DNA from: Nageia nagi
Taxonomy: Eukaryota; Plantae; Pinophyta
Direction: 5' to 3'
DNA length: 64,000 nucleotides
Assembly (NCBI GenBank): GCA_050084985.1
Contig: JBITNC010000001.1
Coordinates: 20,212,001-20,276,000, forward strand
Shown: piece after piece, positions 27,465-36,966 of the stretch
How positions within the stretch are numbered: position 1 is the stretch's first letter
Layout: every line of letters starts with the position of its first letter
Notes under the pieces: model-generated
The model's database searches: none
What the model was told of the DNA's origin: nothing
What the model saw: only the letters and a program-made list of their open reading frames with translations
Made by a program: the position numbers and the translations under genes

Positions 27465-29132
27465 CTACGCTGGTATGGTTCTGGATTGCCCTAGTTCGAG
27501 TCTCTCATCCTCTGGCATGGTTTTAAATTGCCCCAGCGCCACTCCGCCATCCTCATCGTTCTCGCCCGAAAGTTCTTCAAGGGATTTGCCGTTCGTTTCA
27601 GGCACCAGAAATGTGAAAAAGAACCCGAGAGCATTTGTTATTCCCAGTATGATCAAGGAATTCTTTATGCCAATACCCTTATGGTAACCATGATCAACCT
27701 CTTTGATGTGTGTGCTTTGAGACGCATACAAGAAACCAAACGATCCAACTATGGCTCCAGCCTTCCCCGCTGCTGCCGAAATTCCGTGGCAAGTCGAACG
27801 TAGCCTCGCGGGAAAGATCTCAGCAGGCACAATAAACGTGGTGCTGTTAGGACCGAAATTCGCAAAGAAAAACGTGAAAGAGTAGAGAACGATGAAGGCC
27901 GTGTGATTTCCGCCGCAGAAAGAGTCCCCGCACTTGCTGCCTCGCCAATGGTAGTAAGGAATCGAGAGAGCGAACATGAAAACCGTCATGAAGAAGAATC
28001 CAATGAGCTGAATCACAAACCTGCCGATGTGGTCGATCAAGGCGACCGTGAACCAGTAGCCCGGTACCGTAGAACACAGAGCAATGATCGACTGCGCTCT
28101 CGCGATCCTGTAGACTTCTTCAATGGCGTTCATTTTCTTGGCGGCGGGGATCCACCCGACGGCTGTGAAGATGTCCTTCTGGAAGAGGTTTTGACTGTAG
28201 TAAGCGATGTCAAGAAGAAACCATGTTGAGGTGGTTCCCAACAGATGGAGGCCATGACGTCTCGCGAATGCCATAGAGAATAGGCCGAAGCTCGGCTCCT
28301 TGTTTGCTATATTATCAATGTTTGTTTTGTCCTCACTGATTTCCATTTGCAGAACCTTGGACATGTCGGTCGCGGCTTGTTTCGCGTTTCTTTCGACTAA
28401 TGCTGTGTATCGAGCCGTCTCTGGCATCTTCATGCGCCAATAGTAGGTCAAAGCAGCCGGAACGGCTCCGAACATGAGGATTATCCGCCACACGAAATCG
28501 GCCTCGTCAGCGGTGGAACCCTCAGGATCCACCTCAAATGCAGGCCTGTTGTACTTGTTCTTAAACGCCACTGAGACAATAATGGCCACCGCACCGCCTG
28601 CCAGAATTCCGAAGCCTTGCATGGCGAACACCGCTGCAATAAACGCTCCTCGCGTTTTCTTGTTGGCATATTCCGACATGATAGTGGCGGATAAGGGATA
28701 ATCTCCGCCGATGCCGAAGCCCAGCCAGAATCTGAAGAAGCAGAGTGTCGTCATCACGGACTTAGCAGTTTTGCCGAACGAGAGACCCGATGCCACGGAG
28801 CATATCACCATCACCATGAGCGTCATTCCATAGACTTTTTTCCGTCCTAGTTTGTCGCCGAGCGTACCGAAGAAAAGTTGTCCAGCTAGGGTTCCACACA
28901 AGGCCACTCCGTTGACAGCTGCTGAGACGTTTGGAGGTAGAACACCGGGTTTGCCAGTTGTTGAATCGTAGTAATAGATCCTTCCAAGGAGCTTCGTGAC
29001 CATGGAAATGCAGAAGAGGTCATAGGCGTCCGTGAAAAAGCCCATCCCTGCGATAATAATCGCAGTGAAATGATAGAGTTGGGTCTTGGCAACATCCAAA
29101 GCATTCAGTACTTCCAGCTGGTTCCTCGCCAT
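27465..29132 (-). CDS. PHT1: PHT1-family inorganic phosphate:H+ symporter (MFS), 555 aa, intronless CDS
   Basis: Intact ORF with [32 protein letters not shown], the PHT1 signature [42 protein letters not shown] and C-terminal [12 protein letters not shown]- and CpG-rich. Confidence 0.99.
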   Translation of the reverse strand: MARNQLEVLNALDVAKTQLYHFTAIIIAGMGFFTDAYDLFCISMVTKLLGRIYYYDSTTGKPGVLPPNVSAAVNGVALCGTLAGQLFFGTLGDKLGRKKVYGMTLMVMVICSVASGLSFGKTAKSVMTTLCFFRFWLGFGIGGDYPLSATIMSEYANKKTRGAFIAAVFAMQGFGILAGGAVAIIVSVAFKNKYNRPAFEVDPEGSTADEADFVWRIILMFGAVPAALTYYWRMKMPETARYTALVERNAKQAATDMSKVLQMEISEDKTNIDNIANKEPSFGLFSMAFARRHGLHLLGTTSTWFLLDIAYYSQNLFQKDIFTAVGWIPAAKKMNAIEEVYRIARAQSIIALCSTVPGYWFTVALIDHIGRFVIQLIGFFFMTVFMFALSIPYYHWRGSKCGDSFCGGNHTAFIVLYSFTFFFANFGPNSTTFIVPAEIFPARLRSTCHGISAAAGKAGAIVGSFGFLYASQSTHIKEVDHGYHKGIGIKNSLIILGITNALGFFFTFLVPETNGKSLEELSGENDEDGGVALGQFKTMPEDERLELGQSRTIPA

Positions 29133-29183
29133 GATTAATTAACGCGTGCTCGCAATCTTTCTCAAATCATCAAACTTTTACCC

Positions 29184-29728
29184 CTATCACCCAAAAAGAA
29201 AGAAGCAAAATTCTTTAATTTCCTAATCTCAACGCCACTTGCCGTACTTAAAGAAATTCTTGAAAGTATAAGACCTTTCTATTAATATTCCATAATTACA
29301 AAGAAATTCGAATCCCCAAAGTTTATTTGAGGCTACTCTCTAAATATAAATAAATCCTTTAAAGTTTGGCTTTTTTGAGTCTACTCATTAAGAACAAATA
29401 GCAGAAAACCACTTTCAAAGAAGAAAACCTTCTGATTGCAAAGGTCTGGAAAAGTAGAAATAGGTTTTTCTAGTAATTCAATCTTACTACCTGACATGCT
29501 GCATCTTCTACAACAGAATTCAGTTCTTCGGGCAATTTAACCCTAAACACTCAAATCGATTTAAATTTCCTCTCGTCGCTTCAATTTCCACCAACAAAGA
29601 ATCTAATTTACGTTAAATTTCCAAACACATACTGACGCTACAGAAGAATTAAAATCGCTTCATTAAGAACTTCGAGAACTGAATCTAAGAAAAAGCAAAA
29701 CAACGCAACACAGATAAAGCGGAATCAC
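29184..29728 (-). other. Predicted PHT1 5'-UTR intron region (one intron 29728-29184, or two introns around an exon at ~29637-29491)
   Basis: Minus-strand donor AG|GTGATT at 29728, acceptor ttcttctgtag at 29638, donor CAG|GTAGTAAG at 29490, and pyrimidine tract plus TAG acceptor at 29184, 51 nt before the ATG. No transcript data. Confidence 0.55.
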
Positions 29729-29826
29729 CTTCTAAACTTGGCCGCAGACCTCTGTCGATGAAGATCTCATCCTGATATTTTTCGTTTACAACTCTGTGGA
29801 CTAGATTTTATGGACATGAAGCGAGA

Positions 29827-29856
29827 GCATATTCCGTACGAACATTGAGCATATTC
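29827..29856 (-). promoter_or_regulatory. Two P1BS (PHR1-binding, GNATATNC) sites
   Basis: GAATATGC on the minus strand at 29827-29834 and 29849-29856, 22 bp apart within an 11-bp direct repeat (gagcatattcc). An ACGT element (TGACGTGG) lies at 29856-29863. Confidence 0.85.
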
Positions 29857-29949
29857 CACGTCAAAATTTTTATTTCACAATCTCTCTGGCAATCCTGTTT
29901 TCTCACCGTTCTTGTTGAAGCGAGAAAGTTTATCTATAGTTGCTTTTCG

Positions 29950-29960
29950 AGTCAAGTCAA
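29950..29960 (-). promoter_or_regulatory. Tandem W-boxes (TTGACTTGACT)
   Basis: Two overlapping TTGACT motifs between the P1BS pair and the CTTC motif. Short motifs; function not shown. Confidence 0.4.
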
Positions 29961-29965
29961 TGCTT

Positions 29966-29975
29966 GAACAAGAAG
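29966..29975 (-). promoter_or_regulatory. CTTC/MYCS motif (CTTCTTGTTC)
   Basis: Exact CTTCTTGTTC on the gene strand, 110 bp upstream of the distal P1BS. A second core TCTTGTT lies on the + strand at 29910-29916. Confidence 0.55.
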
Positions 29976-30039
29976 CTTCTCATGCGCGTGACTTTCAGGA
30001 CACTCTACCTACTTGAAAGTAAGATGCAGTTGAATGTTC

Positions 30040-30153
30040 AGTATTTACATAAAATTTGTATGATTAAAAATTGTCCAAGTATTTACATAAAAATTGTATG
30101 GTTAAAAATTGTCAAAGTACTTACATAAAAATTGAATGATTAAAAATTGTCAA
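30040..30153. repeat. 38-bp tandem triplication in the PHT1 upstream region
   Basis: Units start at 30040, 30078 and 30116 (agtatttacataaaaattgtatgattaaaaattgtcaa), with a few substitutions. Confidence 0.95.
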
Positions 30154-30561
30154 AGTCTCTTTCAGATTAATTTGATGCGGGCCTCGTTGTTCTTTCCGCT
30201 AAAATACGGAAAGATATCGATTTGACTTCTACCTTTTGTTTGGGTGCGACTCCCAACGCCAGACGGTTTGTATTCATATGCTTGTTTCTTTTGGTCTCGA
30301 CTCAAATTTTCTTCTGGGTGCTACCCCTCTTCAGACTAGTAGCAATGTGGACACTTTCGTATTTAATTTGACAATAAGAAGTGTGGATGAGGGCGAGCTA
30401 ATGTGACGTTTGAGATGGATATTGGAAGGAAAGTGGGAAACTACGCAAACGATGCGACACCCGAGATTGGGATCTCTGAGAACTTTATATAATGTTTTAT
30501 TTCTGTTCCAGACAATAACTATGAAGTAAATCATAATGCATTCAGGTTGATTTCTAAGGGG

Positions 30562-33151
30562 TGTGAGAGGATTAGAGCATAACCTCTAGCACACAATGAG
30601 TACTTTCGAACCTTAGCTATTTATATTGGATAAATCGTTTCTATCCTTTCAATCTTTAAGGTTCGAGAATGGAGTTTCACATGAGGATGCATCCATCCTT
30701 TTCAATGGCTATAGTTTGCATATCACAATCTCAATATGGCATCACTTTTTATGGCTACAATCCGTACATTGGTAACCGACTTTGCCCCGAACCCAAGATG
30801 CTTTGATACTAACTGTCAAAATCCTTCCTCGAGGAATACCACTTGTAGCATATGTTCGGACTAATGTACAATTTAGAGCTCACAAATGGTCACATAACCA
30901 CTTCATGACCAATCCTGTTTGACATACCCCCAAGACCCCATTAATAGTGTCTCACATTAGGACCCCTCTCCATGGAGGCCCAACCATAACATTGCTCTAG
31001 CTCCCAATTGATAGAACAAGACATATTGCCCATAAACACTCTTCATACCTCTTCAGAAGGTAACATAACTCTTTGCAGTTTCCCACGATTCATATTGGTG
31101 CCATATGCATACGTACTCTAACTCTCTTTTTAGGATAAGAATGGTTCAACAATAGGAAAAATCGGGATCATTGCTCCTAAACAATGTTAAGAGACAAAGT
31201 TCAGTTGGAGCAAAGAGGATTAGATTTGGATGTTTTAGAAGTGGATGTCTGTCATGCAAGTTAGGCCCGAGTGTCAGCATGTATAGTTATTGCAAATATG
31301 AGTGCAAGTTCATCTTAGGGGCATTTATGAAAATTATTGAAACCTTACTTGTATGCCGATGTGATGTAGTTGAGCAGGGATTGGAAATCCTTCGAAGTGC
31401 AGATATATACTTTTGACTTTATTCTTGGCGACATCTCAGTGATAGATGAACATCTTGTGGCTTATTTTCTATGTAATGCATTGCTTAAGAGATAGCAAGG
31501 TGGATATCAGATTTACTAATGATGTTTGGGTTGAACTGTTCAAGTTGTAGAGATGATGTCTATGAAGGTTCAAATCACACTCCTTAGACGATGTGGTAGT
31601 TCAAAAGGATAAGAGTATATTGGTGGAATAGTTGGTAGACATATTGCCTCATCTTGGCCTAATGTCATTATGGTGAAGTAAAGGCTTATATTCAATATAC
31701 TCCTTTAAGAGCTTATGATGGGTGCGTTAAATGGATGTATCAAACTTAGAGTATGTGGTTGCAGTACAAGTTTCAAATATGGTTTGATGCATACTTAGTT
31801 TAGAATCAGTTATCTTTGGCTACATGGTCTCAGACATTTATGCCATAATGATAATAATGAACCTACACAATTACATAGGACAGGACATGTAGCTAATGAA
31901 GATTAAATGTACCTTCACTTAATAAAATGAACCAACCCATATTAAATAATAAAAGTGACTATGATGTGAGCTCGTGATTGAGACTTTGGGGATGATGAGT
32001 AGAAGTGTCAGGTGTATCATGGACTACTTCGACTCAAGTCCTTTAAGCTTGTGGATGGATCCTTATGAGTGAAATTCTTACAATGGATCCTTGGGGTGTT
32101 GATTTGTGGATAAACTAGGCCATCTTGGAGAATACTCTAAAAGGGATGATTAGGCATTCCTTCAAGTACCACCAGTCGAGTCCATGAGAGATTAATGCTA
32201 GATAGTTACTAGCTAATTGTGATCAACTAGGTTAACTCTTTCGAGAACCTATGGCTAGGCTGTTATATGTGGTTTTGAGCTCCTAGCCTATGAGGTAAGG
32301 ATTATGCTTGACTAGTTAGTCGAAGCAACCCGAGTAGGATTACAGGAATTGGATTGTGAAAATGGATATGTTGAAAGAGGGATATCAATGTAAATCATCA
32401 TTAAGGGCATGGTCAAGAAGAGCATCCATTATGAGCAATGTCACCAAGAGTTTGTGTTAAGAGTATGCAATATAAACCACATTCTGAATGGGATGAATAT
32501 CGGGGGACACCAAACATTCAAATTCAGCACCTTTAGTTATGTTACCTTTGTGTTCAACACAAAGATGTTGATGATGAAGTGATGGACACAACATTCAAGG
32601 TTGAAAAGCAAAGAAGGAGTGATGTATTTTGAACCCTTTAGGATTGTACTATTGACGAGTCAACTATTCTAAGTAGGGAAAATTTTGAGAAGGTAAACTC
32701 TCCAGGGGGTGTGAGTGGACTAGAGCGTAACCTCTAGCACATAAGGAGCACTTTTGAACCCAAGCTACCATGCTTAAGGGCCATGGTGGACTAGAGTGAG
32801 AGAGTTTATTTCGATGGTTGGGTTGATGGGACAATTAGGGTGAATAAAGCTTGGGGACCTTAGAGTTGATACCCGCATGAAGGTCATTGGTTAGGTGGTG
32901 AGCTAGGGGCCCTTTATGTCCCTATGGTGGTGCATGGCTTAGCAAGCTTGGTCCAATAGTGGATTAGGAACTTGATGCTCCAAGGGATCGAGTTATTCCA
33001 AGAGGGCGTAATGCTTAAGGTAGTATGCTACTATTAAATTGACATGTAAGGCTTACCTTGGATAGGTCACTTGAGGGTCTATATGCGGGTTACCACATAG
33101 TACATTAAGGGAGTCATGCTCCACGAGGTGACTCATGCTGGTACTATGACA
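30562..33151 (+). mobile_element. Decayed LTR (gypsy-like) insertion in the PHT1 upstream region
   Basis: ~56-bp direct repeats starting TGTGAG at 30562 and 32710 (about 48/56 identical), an end at TGACA 33151, and weak integrase-like remnants inside. Homology to the inverted arm stops at ~30555 and resumes at 33152, which independently brackets the insertion. Confidence 0.7.
30800..30934 (-). mobile_element. Nested mini-LTR (30814-30924) with Met-type PBS and PPT
   Basis: TGTCAAA...TTTGACA termini (111 bp). gctttgatacta at 30800-30811 is a decayed reverse complement of TGGTATCAGAGC. Purine tract cttgggggta on the minus strand at 30925-30934. Confidence 0.6.
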
Positions 33152-36100
33152 AAAGGCTTATTTGCACACTAGCTTTCAAACATTGTACTACAGCATAGAA
33201 CGAAAAAAGAATGAAGGCATGATTTATAAGTAAAACAAACTTGAGAATATTATTGATGATCATCAAAAATTTCATAGAAAAGTGGCTTCCATGAAGGTCC
33301 CAAGTGACCCAACGACCTCAAGCACCCCAAACTTAGGTACCCTTCTTTGACAAACGTTATCCATTGAAGGTTTTCCTATATTGTCATAGATAAATAGAAA
33401 AGAAAAAAAGGTTGGCATGCTATCAAATGAGTTATAAGAGAGTAGATCCCTACATATGTTTCATTTTGGTAAAAATAATGCACTTTAAATGTCATCATTA
33501 TAATTATTAAATTTTTATGATTTGATGCATATATGGGTTTATTTCTATGTTTATTACTATTTCATTTAATATTGTATTATATTATTTATATTTAAGAATA
33601 ATTATGAATTTATTTGAAAATAATAGTAATATAAAATTCTATTAGTTTAACTTTAATGGTGAAATTATACATTATTGTAACACTTTTGTAATTGGAACAT
33701 TTTTTTTCAAATATTTAGAAGTAACATTAATATATTTTGAGAAATTTTATAACATATTAAATTTCAAAATTATAGGTTTAAATCTTTTATCTATATTTTA
33801 TTTGAAAAATTATCATTTTGAAAGAAGTCAAAGGTTTAAATCAAAACTTAGAATATAACATATGATACAAAACAGAAACTACATAATGATGCAAATAATA
33901 CTTCACATAGTAATAAGGTTGTTAAGGATTCACTCACTCTAGAAAGTCTACTTGAAGAGGATATTAAGGATTACAAATTTAGGATTGACATAGATGATGG
34001 TTATGAAGAGTGTTATGAAAGCAATAAAAAATTAGAGATTTGGATGACCATGTATGCATCAAATTACATCCATCAAAAATACTTTCTACCCTACTCAAAT
34101 ATGTAAGGATTTTGGAATTTCTTTTATATGGACAAGACAACTACATCAAAGGAACTTATAGGGAAATTCAAAATAATTGCAAGAATTTACTTGTATTTGC
34201 ATAGAAACATTGAGAGAATTCAATCTAAATCTAACTTCAACCATGCGTATTGTACCTTTAAATCAACCTTCCAAATCCTTCCATAGTTAATTTTATCCTT
34301 GTTGATTACAAAGAAATAGGAGAACCTCTTATTAATTATGTCCTTTGATTTATGTTTAATATCATATTTTGAAATTATACCTAGCTTTTCAAATATTGCT
34401 TCCTTAATATCCATAATTTGACATATCCAATATATAATTAACATTTAATGAACCTCATTTAATTAATTATTAATAATTCATAATATACCATGATAACGAT
34501 AACATCAATAATAATGTAGAAGAATATAAAGAACTATAGAATATGATATTGGAAATCTTTGGCGCTTTGAAGGGGTAACCTCCAAATATAAATATAACTC
34601 TTAATGATGATCAAGTGACCATGAATACTCCTATTTATAGTCATTTGAAGAAATGGAATCACCCACATCTATAGGTGGTCGAATTACACTTTTAAATAAC
34701 ATAGAAAATGATTATTTGACTAAACATTAAGTTATGTTCACTTAAATAGTCCCACAACACACCTAATAATGATATCATAGATAAGTTCTTAGAAGAGTTG
34801 AGCATTGTCTTTAGTTGGATTCAATGTTGGATGCTTTTGCAAGAATTCTTATTCTTCTTATAAGACATCTTCTTCTAGTGTATGCTTCAATTTGATGAGG
34901 AAGTCCTTAATGAAATAATTACAAAGTTGTTTTATATGTATCTCTAATATATTTGCAAGTTCAAAAATAACTTATCCTTCATTCAGCATTGGAGGGAGTT
35001 GCTTTTGTGTTTCTACATGAGTGTTGATGACCTTATTTAAATCACATTTAAACATGGTATATGAAATGCTAGATTAATTTATAATGCAATTAGTAAATCT
35101 GAATGCAATGCCATTGTCCTAATCTTTTAGAAAACCAGAAAGGGCCTATAATATTTTAGGGAAAGCTTGATATCCTTCTTTTATTTGCATAATGAAAGAT
35201 GCTTATATGGTTGAATATGGAAAAAGATTCAATCTTCAATATCAAAATGATATTCACTTTAGTATTGATTTGCTTGTCGTTTCATTCTATTTTACATTTT
35301 GGTAATATTATCTTTAAGTGTGCAGACTATCTCTTGATAGTGATGAAAAAATATTCAACTATTACTACCTTAATATGCTCCTTTAACTCAAAGGTGATTG
35401 ATAATGGTGGATATCCATATAAAGCTTCAAACGGTACCATCTTGTTGGAAGTGTGGTATGAAGTATTTTACAATCATTCTACCAATGGAAGCCATTTAGC
35501 CTACTAAGTATGTTTGTTCAAAGAAAAGAAGTTGAGATATCCTTTTGAATGTTTATTAATTACCTTATTTTACCATCTATCGTAGTGTGAGGGTGATAAG
35601 AAGACCTCCAAGCCAACTGAGTACTTGTGAAAGAGAAAAAGTTAGTCTAAAATTTGCTAATAGAAATGAGATCATGATTGTTTATCATTATATGTGGGAT
35701 TTTATGCATCATTTGAAGTATGTTTATGAAATTTGTGGCTACTATGATTGCAATAAATGGGTGAAAAAAAGTACAAAAACATGCATATCTGGTAAGTTAT
35801 CTACTCCTGCTATAATTACTATAAGAGTTGTTTAGCTAGGAATTTTTTTGCCCCTCTACAATCAAACAAATTTGACAGATTCTAAGAGATTTTTGATAAG
35901 CAAGAACTTTTTTTCGACCTTTTTTTTGGTACTTGATGCACATTTGTGAAACTAATTTACACAAATAGTTTTAGGAATTTATTAAGTATGAGTTAAATAA
36001 AAAAAATTTAAAGCTATTTGCTGAACAAAATACTGTTTTATGATTAAGATATTAGACTTCAATCTGAATGATCTGAATTAATGAAATATCATTTTGAAAA

Positions 36101-36290
36101 ACTTAATGAATCTATGTTTTTGAGACTTAATTTTTTTTTTTCACATTGACAGATATATTTAAACATATTCACAAAACTGCAAAATAATTTACCTAAAAAA
36201 CAAAAGCAACTAATGAAAAACTGCATAAATCCATAGAGCCGTAAAGTTTCTTAGCTAGACCGTCAATAATGTTGCCGGACTTCGTTTTAG

Positions 36291-36824
36291 TTATTTCTTT
36301 ATTATTTTTCGCTGGGAGCTGCAATACAAAGTCTCAAAGCTCCTGTGCAGATAAGTCTCTACTCGATCGTGGTTAGTGCGGTGGAGAGCCAACCTTAATA
36401 CATTTTGATTTGCTTCATAATTATTTTCTGAAACGGAAATAAAATATTGTTTAAAGTTGTCAATGATGCCAATCTCCGATGTAGCATCGTTCAAGTAGTT
36501 TCCTCCCTCAAAATCCATCTCAAACGTCACATTTAGCTCGCCCTCATCCATACTTCTCAATGTCATATTAAATACGAAACAGTCCTTGCAACTTGCCTCA
36601 AGACGCGTTGCACCCACAGAAAACTTGACTGGAGAACACACGTCCGTAATGAAGTCGGGAAATATTTTAATACGAATATGGAGCTGTCTCAACTTGCTAA
36701 GATCTTTCCGTGTGGGGTTGGGAGTCAGACCCAAACATAAGGTAAGAGGTCGCATTTCAGAGGAAAACAAGAAGAAGAACCGCATCAAATTCGTTTGAAT
36801 GGGACTTTGATGATTTTCAATCAT
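36291..36824 (-). other. 177-codon ORF of unknown function within the duplicated promoter arm
   Basis: Open frame from the ORF track with no recognisable domain. The homologous sequence at 30135-30555 plus 33152-33222 is frameshifted, has a stop and is TE-interrupted. Confidence 0.25.
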
Positions 36825-36958
36825 TCAATTTTTATGTATATAGTCAACAATAGTCTGCCAATTCCATTCATGTAGTTCAAGTTACGGGATAAACAAAACA
36901 AACAACTAGGGATAAACATTCAACAAAAAGGGAGTGTTGTTGGATAGAAAATAGCGCC

Positions 36959-36966
36959 GAATATGC
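36959..36966 (+). promoter_or_regulatory. P1BS retained in the duplicated promoter
   Basis: GAATATGC in the context GAATATGCTgAATGTaaGTACGG, which aligns with GAATATGCTcAATGTtcGTACGG (minus strand 29856-29834). Confidence 0.7.

Noticed and set aside
27269-29104. Eight short ORFs overlapping PHT1 on either strand
   Set aside because: Expected shadow frames of a GC-rich CDS, with no independent coding signal.
30040-30153. CRISPR-like periodicity
   Set aside because: Contiguous units with no unique spacers, eukaryotic context and no cas genes; this is a simple tandem repeat.
34550-35870. Possible LTR and integrase relics in the spacer between the inverted arms
   Set aside because: No clear termini or continuous motifs could be established.
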